Positions 1-13,370 of a DNA stretch of 64,000 bases are shown piece after piece. The position numbers were made by a program, and so were the translations under genes. The notes under the pieces were generated by a model. That model searched no databases. It saw only the letters and a program-made list of their open reading frames with translations, and was not told the DNA's origin. Every line of letters begins with the position of its first letter. The first letter of the stretch is position 1. This stretch comes from Octopus sinensis (Eukaryota): positions 7,626,001-7,690,000 of the forward strand of contig NC_043008.1 in assembly GCF_006345805.1 (NCBI RefSeq). The letters run 5' to 3'.

Positions 1-54
1 GTTTTGTCATTGAGTGCCATTCCGAAGCAGAGAGAGAGACAAACAGAAACAAGT

Positions 55-260
55 ATACATACATACATACAAACATACATACATACATGCATACATACAT
101 ACATACATACATACATACATACATACATACATACAAACATACATACATACATACATACATACATACATACATACATACATACATACATACATACATACAT
201 ACATACATACATACATACATACATACATACATACATACATACATACATACATACATACAT
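55..260. repeat. (TACA)n microsatellite
   Basis: Near-perfect tetranucleotide array; it produces the TYIH/MYVC pseudo-ORFs. Confidence 0.97.
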
Positions 261-1802
261 GATGGCTGTCTCCTCGTTATCAAGTATGGCCATTGCACGA
301 AGCTTAACTGTTATTGGTGCTGTGATCGAATGTGACTTTTTAGTCCAGCTAAAGATCTACAATGTCTTGTATGTCTTCTACAGAATTGGCAACTAAAACC
401 TTTACCGGTAATAGCCGGCTGTAGTTGTAACTGGGCTTCATTAACCTTTGCATGTCATACATACATACGTACATAAATACATAAATACATACATATATAT
501 TAATTATTGTATACGATACTTTCACTGTCTTGTGAATATACAGTTGCTCAGTTTCTCCCATATCAACTGAAGAATTCGGGATAGAATCATTTGGTATGAA
601 CCAAAATACAGAATAAAAATTAACCGTAAAATCGGGACGAATGAAACGTTATCCAAAGTTATCCAGAAACTGTAATGAACTAAACGAACATAATCCCACG
701 CGTACACACAGACGTGCCCACACATACATGGAAATAGAGGTATGTAATTAAATTTGTATGATTATAAAGATTCATAGAAAATGACAAATACACACGCGCA
801 CACAGGAGTGTATATACATATAGATACATGTGTACGTCACAGTTTATAAACAATCAATCACTAGCCACTGACTGGTATACGAGTGTGAGACAGGGGAAGA
901 GATTGGTGGGGTATGCAATGTGAGTATGCAGTGTAGACAGTGTGAGCGTATGCGATGAAGGAATGTGTGTATATGTATTTGAATCTGCTTGGTGATATGC
1001 GTTTGTGCATATAAATGCATGTACGCGTGTAAACATGAAAGTATGGATGTATGAATAGCTATGATGAACAAAGATGAAAGCTATTTCGTGTAAAAAAAAT
1101 TAACTTCTACATTAAGCAATTCATCAGATAAATACATCAGGAAATGGAGAAACTCAATTCCTGTCTCTTGCTAGAAACCATTTTCCTCATTATTGTTTAG
1201 ATTCAAATCATGATAACGTAGGGTTAGAAACAATTTCGTTCTTGCTTACATATGGAACGGATATTTTGGAACCATCCTACACAAGTTTGTTTTAGAAGAA
1301 AATGGACTTCACTCATATTGCTAAGGATGAACTACGCGAGAAAAAACTGGTGTGTTTTGAATTTTGCTAAATATTACAGACATAAATCAAGTGCGTTGTA
1401 TAAAAATCTTGTGCATTCTAGCTAAATTATAAAATTAATCTGAATAGAAAATAGATCAACGCCATTATAATGAATATAGAGAAGCGGTGGAGATTATAAA
1501 TTTCACTTATGTAACAATTTTTCTGTCAGTTCCAGTCGTTGGTGATGAAATCAATAATTCTTTTTTTAATTGCAAAGCTAATGTATGTGTGTACGTATAG
1601 ATGTGTGCTAATTGAAAATAAACAATCGTGTCTGATGTATTTACAGCATCACTAATTATATTAGTCAAACCAAACATTATTATATATGTATGCGTGTTTC
1701 TCTCTCTCTCTCTCTAAATATATTTATATATATATATATATATATGTGTGTGTATAAATATATGCATATATATACATATATATATTTATATATGTATATA
1801 CT

Positions 1803-1833
<31 letters not shown>

Positions 1834-2540
1834 TCACACACACATATATGTCTTTAATTTTTTAAACTATTTGAATTCTTCCCATAGAGTTGGAACTGGT
1901 TTCTTACAAACAAACTCGGCTCCGTTACTGAAATTTAAAATAGCACTATGTTTATGTGTGAGATTTTGACCTTTCAAAACATCTTTCAGACTTTTATGAT
2001 TCCGCTTACAGAGTGTGTTTGCATTTTAGAGATGATTACTCTTTTGCTTGAAAAATCACGGGTTGACGCTTAGGGATTTAACGATGTAGCAATAGAAACC
2101 ATTATGTATACAGTTATAAATATCAATTTAAAAGAATAAACTGGTTGGAGACGATTTCGAGTTTGAATCTGTAAAGTGTAAAAATATATATTTTCTCGTT
2201 GATTGGAAAGAAATTCGTCTCCAAGACAGAGCGTCTCTGCAAATCTATACAACCGTAATGTAATTTTTTATCTCTGTTTAACGGTTCGAAACAAATATAT
2301 AGTCAGTCAATATTGGTGCGAGCATTGATGGAAAATATCGTAAGTATTTTCTACATTTACTCAGGGGCAGATAACCAAACAGTGTTTCAGTTACAATATC
2401 ATGTGAACTTGGAATATAATGAGAGATTAACTGGCTTTTTTTTTTGGTAACTATTGACGAAATGTCCGTATGTCTATAATCGTATTACAAACATGGTCAT
2501 TTCATTTAATCATGTGTCCGTGTACGTATATATATATGAA

Positions 2541-2833
2541 AGCGCGTGGCTTAGTGGTTAGGGTGATCGGCCCCCCGATCCTAAGGTTGTGAGTTCAATT
2601 CCCAGTGGTGAGTTGTGTTCTTGAGTAAGACACTTTATTTCACGTGCTCCATTCCATTCCGCTGGAAAAAAATTCAAAGAGCCAACCTTGTGACATTCGA
2701 TGTCACGTTGAATTTCCCTGCGAACTGCGTCAAGGGTACGAGCGTTTGTGGAGGGCTCAGCCACTTATATGGTAATTTCACCATCAGGCTGTTCCGTTAA
2801 CGGGATCATATGAAACTATAGTAGTTGTAACCG
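2541..2833 (+). mobile_element. tRNA-derived SINE, head A (CORE-like) + tail 1
   Basis: A-box-like gtggcttagtggttagg, B-box-like gagttcaattccc, CORE-like cttgagtaagacactt, and a 3' tail shared with the copies at 4575, 5446, 7579 and 57722. Confidence 0.85.
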
Positions 2834-3611
2834 TTTGACTAGTAATTCATGTATGTATGTTTGTATGTATTTATCAACGTATGTATATATATATATTTAT
2901 TTTTCAAATTACTCCTCAATACTGAAATTGCTAGTTTCTAACACAGACCAAACATTAATTCCTAGGACGTTCTACAATATCAACTTTATAACCATGTGTA
3001 CAACTTTGGATAGATCTCTGTAGGTTTCGATAATTAGCTTTTCAATTATTTGATCAACTAAATTCCTTGCTCATTGAAGTTTTATATGATTGGCAGAAGA
3101 TTCCACAATCCTGGACATGCTTACCGTAAGTGTATAGACGAATCAGCGCGAAACAGTACATGGCATAATTGCGCCTGTGAATTACAAGTATTACCCGGCT
3201 GATGTGGTTGGAGAACTATATAGTTTCAGTCCACACGAATTGACCCGTGGTTATGGAAAATATCTTGTACCAAAAATGACATTCAGTGGGATCGTAACAA
3301 GAAAACATCTTACTCAAACAGGGACACACTCATATATATATATATATGTGAGAAAGTTGGTGTGTGAAAGCAAGTGGTTGAATATATAGAATATAGTAAA
3401 AAGTGAAAAAACTACAGAAGGCTTGTTTTAAAAGGTTAAAAAATATATATTTGAGTCATTATGTCTTAAGAATGGTATAGATTTTTTTCATACAATGACA
3501 TATTTTTTGAAGAAATGACCGGTTTCGCGTTCAGCTTTTCAAATTTCTTACATCGTTATGTTTACGTTGAGAAGTGTGAAGGAGAGTGTTTTTTCACTTT
3601 TTACTATTTTC

Positions 3612-3700
<89 letters not shown>

Positions 3701-4190
3701 ATCTATAATAAAGGAGAACAGAGATTTATATGAAGTTTTATTCAGCAGTTAAATACTTCTTTTCTATAACTACACGCGTTTCTGCAGCAACTACTGCACA
3801 CTGCAAAATTTGCATCTTTAATTGTACTTATTGTAAATTGTTTTCAGGATGGTGTCAACTGGATTGATTCGATAGAACCTAAATTAAATACAAGTCGAGC
3901 AGAAATGCACGTGGTGCTGTCATTGTTCCAAAAATAGCCCCAAAAGATGTTAACATTTTCAACTCCGCTGGTTTAAAACAAGTTGACTAGAGGTCCAAAG
4001 AATTTTAATAGTCTGCAGACACAGACCATCCTGAAAGGGCGAGTATTAGTGTTAAAGCTTAGTATCAGGTTAAAGTAGGTATGTTTATAACCGTCAAAAA
4101 TGACTACGGCACTCACTTGGATTCTGTATCCTTAACATTCAATATGTGTGTATGTGTGTGCGTGTGTATGTGTGTGCGTGTGTTCGTGCG

Positions 4191-4222
<32 letters not shown>

Positions 4223-4257
4223 TGATATAAATAAATATATATTCACATAAATGTATA

Positions 4258-4527
4258 TATTTCTTTATTGCCCACAAGGGGCTAAACACAGAGGGGACAA
4301 ACAAGGACAGACAAACGGATAAAGTCGATTACATCGACCCCAGTGCGAAACTGGTACTTTATTTATCGATCCCGAAAGGATGAAATGCAAAGTCGACCTC
4401 GGCGGAATTTGAACTCGGAACATAAACGGCAGACGAAATACCGCTAGGCATTTCGCCCTGCCTGTTAACGTTCCTACCGCTAAGCATTTCATCCGGCGCG
4501 CTAACGTTTCTGCCGGCTCGCCGCCTT
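4258..4527 (-). mobile_element. tRNA-derived SINE family M (Meta-like central domain)
   Basis: Reverse complement begins aaggcggcgagccggcagaaacgttag, has B-box gagttcaaattcc and core gcatttcatcctttcgggatcgataaataaagtaccag; same family as the 49436-50590 array. Meta-domain assignment is from memory of the consensus. Confidence 0.85.
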
Positions 4528-4574
4528 ATATTCACATAAATGTCTACAATGTAACATTAGGCTTTCTTGTGTGA

Positions 4575-4891
4575 GGGCGCGTGGCTTACTGGTTAGGGCA
4601 TTCGGCTCATGATCGTAAGGTTGTGAGTTCGATTCCCGGCGACGCGTTGTGTCCTTGAGCAAGACACTTTATTTCACGTTGCTCCAGTCCACTCAGCTGG
4701 CAAAAATGAGTTGTACTTGTATTTCAAAGGGTCAGCCTTGTCACTCTCTGTGTCACGCTGATTATCCCCGAGAACTACGTTAAGGGTACACGTGTCTGTG
4801 GAATGCTCAGCCATTTGCACGTTAATTTCACGAGCAAGCTGTTCCGTTGATCGTATCAGCTGGGACCCTCGTCGTCGTAACCGGCGGAGTC
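4575..4891 (+). mobile_element. tRNA-derived SINE, head A + tail 1 (near full length)
   Basis: A/B boxes (gagttcgattccc), gtccttgagcaagacactt CORE-like block, tail ending ctcgtcgtcgtaaccggcgga. Confidence 0.9.
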
Positions 4892-5445
4892 TTTTAAGGC
4901 TTTCTTGTAAAAACAAAATTTTGACAAATACTAACATATTTGATGTTTCAGGCTGGACAACTTTATGAAGTATACAGTATTACACTTACGCATGCATGTA
5001 TGCATGTATATGTGTGTCTATGCATGCATGTTTATATCCATTTATTTTTGTATGTATGTATGTCGTAATTCGTTTATAATATGTATTCTTGCTGTTTGAA
5101 ACAAGTAGATTTCTAACATAGAGACAAAGCTGTATCTCGAAAAATTTAGATACCAAGTAAAAGGCAACATTTTAGAAAATTCTAGAATGTATTTACGCAC
5201 ATCTAGTGTTTCATTTACATTTTGTAATCTATAAATTCTATTTTATTCCGTCGCATAATTTGCCTGGAATCTTCATCGTTTCAAGATAATCACTAAGACT
5301 TAAATATCCTAATTAAATGAAGTAAGCTACGATACGCCGACACAATTATACAACCTCTGAACGTAAGAGACATTCTGCGCTTTGAAATATTTTAGCGACA
5401 GTATTCTCTCTTCTGTTGACTTTAAATTACATGTTCACAAGTAAA

Positions 5446-5745
5446 GGAGCGTGGTTTAGTGGTTAGAGTATTCGTCTATGATTGCGAGGTCATAAGTTCG
5501 ATTCCTGAGTCCATGTTGTATCCTTGATCAATGCTCTGTGTTTTGCGTTACCCCAGTCCATTCAGCTGGCAAAAATGAGTAGCATCTGTATTGCAAAGAG
5601 CCTGCCTTCTTATTGGGTCACGCTGTATATGACTAAGAACCACGTTAAGGGTACGTGTGTTTGTGTGTGCTCAGCAACTTCCACGTTAATTTCACGAGTA
5701 GGCTGTACCATTGAGTAGATAAATAGGAACCTTCATCGCGGTATC
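5446..5745 (+). mobile_element. tRNA-derived SINE, head A + tail 1 (diverged)
   Basis: Colinear similarity to 4575-4891 over its whole length. Confidence 0.8.
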
Positions 5746-5886
5746 TCAAGGGGTAACAGATATCGTGATTAACTGTACCATGCAAATCGTACAGTCACGT
5801 AGTCTCAGCAAGATACCAGGCTTATCCATATTTCAGTCCTCAGTAGGTGGTAATTATCCTGACATTTCCGCAATAATTGTATAAAG

Positions 5887-5890
<4 letters not shown>

Positions 5891-5933
<43 letters not shown>

Positions 5934-5995
5934 TATATATATATATATATATATATAGACAGACAGATAGATAGATAGATAGATAGATAGATAGT

Positions 5996-6060
<65 letters not shown>
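5891..6060. repeat. Compound (TA)n/(TAGA)n microsatellite
   Basis: Direct reading of the sequence. Confidence 0.95.
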
Positions 6061-6062
<2 letters not shown>

Positions 6063-6063
6063 A

Positions 6064-6264
6064 CAATTGCAAAGTGGAAGGTGTTTATAACGCATTTAAG
6101 AAACATACAAAAACCGTTAGATCCACTTCAACATTTAAATTTAATTTGCCAAAACATTTTCGTCGATTTGGACTGCGACCTGTTCACTGACAAAATTCCG
6201 TGCTGCGGCACGGTATTTTGTGTGTTTCTTAAATGGCTTATAAACACCTTCCACGCTGCAATTG
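6064..6264. mobile_element. ~200-bp palindromic element with 49-bp imperfect inverted arms enclosing a hammerhead-like motif
   Basis: 6064-6112 caattgcaaagtggaaggtgtttataacgcatttaagaaacatacaaaa matches the reverse complement of 6216-6264 (caattgcagcgtggaaggtgtttataagccatttaagaaacacacaaaa). Confidence 0.85.
6145..6194 (-). ncRNA. Minimal type-I hammerhead-like ribozyme with G3-C8 swapped core
   Basis: Minus strand reads UUUGUCA GUGAACA G GUCG cagtccaaat CGAC GAA AAUGUU U UGGCAAA: 7-bp stem I, 4-bp stem II with G10.1-C11.1, GAAA box, near-palindromic stem III and a UH site. Confidence 0.65.
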
Positions 6265-6321
6265 TTCTCGTTCCATCATACGATCTCAGATCAGGTCACT
6301 TGCTATGGAAGTACATCTCCG

Positions 6322-6418
<97 letters not shown>

Positions 6419-6426
6419 CGTATATA

Positions 6427-6645
6427 CAGGTTTGACCAGAAGTCAAAATTTCATAAATACTATTTGTAATTCTGTATTGACTCGAATAGAAAGATGCATC
6501 GCTCAAAAAGGACTTCAGTTTTTATTGAACAAGATTCATGGTGTTTCATATTAGATGCTTTTATTAAATTCATTCGGTTGTTAAACAAATAAATCTCAGG
6601 ATTAAATGGTTTTGATTTACTGTCCGGTGATTTGGGCCAACCCTG
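6427..6645 (+). mobile_element. Tc1/mariner-type internally deleted element (MITE-like)
   Basis: Ends caggtttgaccagaagtc and gatttgggccaaccctg are imperfect TIRs flanked by TA; the interior encodes SVLTRIERCIAQKGLQF, like a Tc1-family transposase C-terminus. Confidence 0.55.
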
Positions 6646-6653
6646 TACATATA

Positions 6654-6729
<76 letters not shown>

Positions 6730-7578
6730 AGTGTGTGTGTGTGCGTATGTATATGTGTGTGTGTATAAATATACATACATGCATACATGCATACATGCAT
6801 ACATACATACATACATGCATACATACATACATACATACATACATGCATGCATACATACATATTGAGTTATGTATTTTCAAGTACGGATCAAATATTTGTT
6901 TTGTTGTCTGAAACAATAGGACTCCTGATTGCCATTTGTATTCTTAGGTTTCACCAATAATCTTTTAATCTATTGATTTCTGACAGCTCACGTTGTTTTT
7001 TTTTAAATTTTGTCTTTTCTTAATCTCTTCTAGATTACCGTGTCTCACATATCATATCTTAAGGGAAGCTGGTATGTAGAGGGAATTCTCTTACAGTTGG
7101 AAATCCTTTAGTTTAGATTTTGCATAATTTACATTCGTGTTTTTTTTTTAATGCTGTCATTCATTTATGTAGCAGATATCTTGCTTTTGACGTCTTTCGT
7201 AGTCTTTGTTTCTTGTTATTTGTTTTTGCCTCAAATAATCACGTTCCAACTATTTAGTGAAGCAACGAATTTTTCATTTGTGTCGTAGTGAGTTAAGGAA
7301 TTCTTCCTATATCGTTTGTATCATTTTATGTGATTCTTTAAGATCATTAATTATCCAAATGACTATTATATTCCGAGATTGCAATCAAGAATGAAATAGT
7401 TACTGAAATGATAGAATATTTGCTTACAGTTATTATGACTAGTGTCTGCTGTGTCTTTGAGTTACCACGAATATAATTTATATACTGTGTTGTTGTATTC
7501 ATTTCTTGCTCTCATTTTATTTATAAATGAAACTATTATAACATACATTGTTATCTTGTATATGAGACATACACGAGT

Positions 7579-7950
7579 GGAGGCGCAATGGCCCAGTGGT
7601 TAGGGCAGTAAACTCGCGGGCGTAGGATCGCGGTTTCGATTCCCAGGCCGGGCGTTGTGAGTGTTTATTGAGCGAAAACACCTAAAGCTCCACGAGGCTC
7701 CGGCAGAGATGGTGGTGATCCCTGCTGTACTCTTTCACCGCAACTTTCTCTCACTCTTACTTCCTGTTTCTGTTGTACCTGTATTTCAAAGGGCCGGCCT
7801 TGTCACTCTCTGTGTCACGCTGAATATCCCCGAGAACTACGGTAAGCGTACACGTGTCTGTGGAGTGCTCAGCCACTTACACGTTAATTTCACGAGCAGG
7901 CTGTTCCGTTGATCGGATCAACCGGAACCCTCGTCGTCGTAACCGACGGA
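7579..7950 (+). mobile_element. tRNA-derived SINE, head B + tail 1
   Basis: Head ggaggcgcaatggcccagtggttagggcag...ggtttcgattccc is shared with 19348; the 3' half is shared with 4575-4891. Confidence 0.88.
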
Positions 7951-9759
7951 ATTCTTCCTCCTATGGGACATGCAAATGAATGTCGTGCTACGAAACCATT
8001 TATGCATCATCCAGTGGGGGCAGGAGAAAGTTTGCCGCATCATAGTACTAAAAAAGGGCCTTTGGCCTCACTAAACTTTATTACAATATATGTATGACAT
8101 CTACGTATTTATATGTTTGGGATTTTAAGTATGAATGGTCGTCTGTAGTCTATGTGCGTATATATGTTACGCAAATATAGTCAAATGAAAACAGTTGATC
8201 TTCACTAATTTATTGATTAGATTTGTCGGAAATGAATCATTCATTCCAACTCTTTTCTGGAGAACATTAAGTGTTTCCTGGCTCCTACGTAATTCTTGCA
8301 AGTGCATCTATAGCGATCAATATAAATCAGAATTTTTAATGATAAATACTCCAGATATAAGTTTTGCAGTAGCGCTCTGCGATCCACATATTTTCTGTCA
8401 AAACTGATAAGGTGTTCCTTGTTATAGAGAATAATATAAACGTCATTGAGTTTGCATTGAGCAGAGTTTTAAACTTAGATTTTTCTACACATTTTCATAT
8501 TCAATTATTGAATTCGTGTTCGAACTTTATTTTTGTTTGTAAACATTCTCAGATATATTTATATGTTAATCTCTTCTCACGAACAGAAGAGTACAGTATT
8601 TTGGAGGTACTTTTTAGGCGATTTGGGTAGAGTATAGAAATAGATGAGTGACATATCAAAATAGATTTGGTAAAATTCATATTTGTTCTTATTTTTATAG
8701 TTCTTATGGTTCAAGGTGTTTCTTAAGTGATAAAATAATATTCATGGTTTGGTCTTACAGCTCTAGCTCTACATTCACATTTACCATAGACGCCTGCAGT
8801 GGGGTTGCTGTGTTAAAAATGTAGTTATTATTTATGTTTTTGTTTTTGATAACATCGATGTGAATTTCAGCAAGAGTCCGTGCCATCACATTTTATACAA
8901 AATCATTCTAAATTATGGAAGTATAATCCGCTCATAGATAATTTAGAAATAAACAGACATCACGAGAGTCATACACTTCCGAACTTTTTTGTAGTGTGTA
9001 AAAAAAGAAAAAAAAAATTCTGGGGATCTTTAGAACGTAGTGGGGCAATATTCAGTATCCAAGGATAATGCATGTTCTGCGTTCTGTTTTACTGCCGAAT
9101 ATCAGAAGGGCGCGTACTACACGCAGGATTTCACCAATGTCTATCTGTATATCTGTTTTGTAGTCCATTTACATATTTTATAGCGTTCTGTCTAGACACA
9201 GCTGACAGGCAACGATTTTGTTATACGTTTAATATTTAGTGACACCCTTCAATATTTCTATGTTTGCAAGTTTGACGTCAGATGTTCCAGTTAATGTCAA
9301 AACATTTATAGGAAATTTCCAAGTCAACTATTGAATGTTGCGATCTGTGATGAATGTTCAATTACAAATAAGATCAAAAGAATAGGTTACTGCTTAAAAC
9401 TATTCTGTGATCTGGATTTCAAATGTTTTATTTATATATCTACTGTCTGATAGGTTGAAAGTTGCTTTTTCCTGGAAGTTTTAATGACAGAAATTCTATT
9501 GGAGTTGGTTGATAATACTTTGGTTACTTTTCAAAAGTTCCCTCAGAATTCTGAGTAAAAAGATATCATTCGGAATGGCGCTACTACTGTTATTTGAGTA
9601 TATTTATTTCTCTATTGCCCACAAGGGGCTAAACATAGAAGGGAAAAACAAGGACAGGCAAAGAAATTGAGTCGATTACATCGACCCCAGGGGAATACAA
9701 GAGGAACAATTATTTATGATTTTCTTCAAAATATTGCCCTTTCAGATTACAGTTATTAC

Positions 9760-9866
9760 AGCGGTCCTCCAGTTTTTCTAAAACCTGTAAAAGAACGCTG
9801 AATTTTGAGCTTCGAACCAGCCGTTCGCCATACCCTTAAAGCCAGAAACTTTTCAGTAACACCGCG
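9760..9866 (-). mobile_element. Mariner-like terminal fragment
   Basis: Reverse complement ta-cgcggtgttactgaaaagtttctggcttt resembles a mariner TIR; no transposase could be read. Confidence 0.3.
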
Positions 9867-10137
9867 TAACATTCTGATAATGATTTCATAACAACTAGTG
9901 ATATTTTGAATGCAGCCGATACACACCTTTCTGTTTTGCGCTATGTATATCAAATGCCTCCATTATGCAAAACTTCCTCAGTGAAGGAGGTTCAATATAC
10001 CACTAAATACTAGAATATGTTGACCTGCCTATCGATTACATTTCAATTGTTTGCTTTCCGTATTGAATAAAAAAGCTTTTGAAAATTAAAGGTGTCTATT
10101 TACTTCCTGCATGTCTGTGTATATGTGTGTGTTTAGA

Positions 10138-10203
10138 TCTCTCTCTCTCTCTCTCCCTCTCTCTGTCTGTCTGTCTCTCTCTCTCTCTGTCTGTCTCTCT
10201 CTC

Positions 10204-10297
<94 letters not shown>
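10138..10297. repeat. Compound (TC)n/(TCTG)n/(TA)n microsatellite
   Basis: Direct reading of the sequence. Confidence 0.95.
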
Positions 10298-12221
10298 CCC
10301 ATATATATTATATTATACATATATTTTAAAATGTACCTGAAACCTAACACAGAAGCCTAATACGGATTCCTAGCTCCAGCCTGAGCTATGATGACCAATT
10401 ATTGCACTTTGTCAGCGTACCTATTCGTTTTACTTTACCAGTGAAATAAAACCCTTATATTCTACACTCACACGCACACAGTTATATTGATTTGCTAAAC
10501 AGCTTTCTCTACATCTTTTAATTCCCACATGGATGCTCGAGTTAATTCCCTCGAAGCACATGCATCGTTCCTGCTTTCAATGATTTCAATTTTGATTAGA
10601 CATTTAGCCGTGTAAATGACGTAAGCATCCCTAGATTAGACAGTACTGAAAACGAAAATAACATCTTTATATCTGTCGAATCCTATTTTATATGATTGAG
10701 CAATGTATTCATTTGACACTTGAAGAAAATATATTTTTGCCCCCCCCCCCACACATATAAACCAATGAACAAATACCTTTCATTTCAAACACAGTAGCTC
10801 TTGCATATGTAAAGATTATAACCTTGTTAAATGGTGTTGTTCGAATGCAGTGCATCTAAATCTTCAATGAGAGAGAAAATAAATTTTAACTGTAAATGTT
10901 AGCAAATGTGAAAGGCAAGGGGTGATCATTTTAACTAATTACTTACACAGAAAATTTAATTAGTATTTTTAGTGTGCGAAACTTGATCTTTGTTAGCAGA
11001 CAAGATGACATCTATGTTATCAAAAGCCAAATATATTTTCTTATTTAGTTTTCTGACATTTATACTTTTTTAAATATAGTCGTCTCTGTACAAATGTAAA
11101 TATGCATTTACTGTTCACTTCGATGTTAATTCTAGCGTAAATTCGACGAATAAATTTTACTAATTAGGTTTTCCATATTATTTCTCAGGAATGATCTAGT
11201 CATATGACATTTCACACATGTCTACCAAATTCGATAGAATATTATAACTTCATTACGTCTCTGAGAAGTAAGTTATACATTGAAACCCTATATTAACGAG
11301 TATTATATATATCAACACGACAACAAAGCCGAGCTCCGATGTCTGTACCGCGTCGATCACAAAAGATTATAATTCCTCCATTGATCAGTCAATATCAGAA
11401 ACTAAACATCACATTTCAATTTAACACAATTCTGCTTAATTATTTAATGCCTAACTTCATAACCATATTGCACTCATTTAACTCCAGCTTGACTGAACCG
11501 AACCAGGGAAGGTTAATAGCTAAAGGATATTATAATTAGTCGATGGCCACTTATGAATCATCGATCTCTCTGCAGGGGATAAGTCAGGTATTGACTCGGC
11601 CATAAATCCATAAATATCTGATGATAAGATTTACCAAAAGTTGAGTGCACGATGGGGAAGCGACATGTCAATACTTGAGAGGAAAAAAGCACAAAAATTA
11701 GGTTAGTCGGTTTGCAGTGCCAATACGAACACCTTTTATATAACATAATACTTTCTTAAAATCCATCAGAGCACAGGAAAGGATATCGATTTTTTTTTCT
11801 ATCACGAAACTCATTATCGATTCTCTAATTGAACAATTCTCTTAGGTTCATTTAGCAGAAATCTAGGGATCATTGAACACATATTTCAGGTTCATTAAGT
11901 AAATTTCGCAATATTCTGTACGGTTCGTCTTCGGTTGAATGAACGCTTAATTGGTTTTGAGGATAAAAAAAATCTGTAAAGCAAAAGAAAAAAAAGTTCA
12001 AAATCGCCCATAAAACAAAATCGAACTGCTGATAAAATGGGGGAATTTTTAGATTATTATCTGAAAGAAAATCTCATTACATTTTAATCTAAAATACTTT
12101 AGAGCGATAAACCCAAATAATAATAATAATAATAATAATAATGATAATAATAATAATAGATACACAAGATGCAAAATTAATATTCACGCACATGTGCATA
12201 TACGAAGGTGTGTATATATGT

Positions 12222-12254
<33 letters not shown>

Positions 12255-12603
12255 ATGTGTATATATATATGCATACATATGTGAATGTGCTTCTGTGAGT
12301 GTATCTATAGATATGTGAATGTATATAATTGTAAATACACACACACATATATATATATATATATGTATGTATGCTATGCGCATGTGTGTGCATTACTTTT
12401 GCCTATTTTTTGCATAAGCACATATAAATGTCTTTATAAGCACATATAACATGTCTTTACGCAACCTAAATTCAGAACACTGAAGATGGTGATACGTGTT
12501 TGTTTCGATGTTTATATATACGTACTGTACTGCGATAAAATTCATGAGATGTATACACACACGCACACACACACAGAGGCACACACACAAAGGCACACAC
12601 ACA

Positions 12604-12647
<44 letters not shown>

Positions 12648-12659
12648 ATATATGTATAT

Positions 12660-13370
12660 GGCTCGCCACTTCATTCGACGTTGATATCCCCTCACCACTA
12701 TCCACACCGCCCTTCCCAGAGCACGTTCCGTGGATCGTGCATATGCTATCTCTTCCGGCACCCATCTCACCGTCTCTCTGTTTTCCTTCACATCCCACCC
12801 CACCACCCCACCTCTTCAACACACCATTCTCTGGGCCTCTCGGCGACTCCAGTTCGACCTTTCAACTTCACCCATCTTCCCTAACCGACCTCTCCCCTCC
12901 TTCAAACGAGCCCACAACATCCGAGACCTCTTGGTCCACAATTTCTTCTCTAACCTAACGTCCCAACCCGGCTCGTTCCCTTGGCCTCGCTCACGCTGCT
13001 GCACTTGCTCTTACCACCCTTCTCACCGGCACCATCATCGACCCTATCACATCACCGACTCCTTCACCTACACTTCTACCAATGTAATCTACTGTATTTC
13101 CTGCTCTCCCTGCCCTTCTCTATACAACGGGCAAACGGGACGCCGCTTGGCCGACCGGTTCGTGGAACGCCTCCGGGGCATCTGACTCGGCAATTACATC
13201 CCGGTCTCGCGCCATTTCTACTCTACCGGTCATTCTTGCAACAACTGCCTTTGTTAGGATTGTCTTTGAGCAGGGGCCTTCCGGACTCCCGTTTGCAACG
13301 TGAACATGGATTAATCTCTCTTCGCTCCTTTGCGCTACATGGGTTTAACCCTCCTCCCATGTTCATCTAA
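12660..13370 (+). pseudogene. PLE C-terminal linker + GIY-YIG endonuclease remnant (frameshifted)
   Basis: GSFPWPRSRCCTC, NVIYCISCSPCPSLYNGQTGRRLADRFVERLRGI and, in another frame, RLQREHGLI...HGFN match the PLE GIY-YIG pattern (VIY...YIGQT, R..EH, RE..LI, G.N). Confidence 0.85.
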
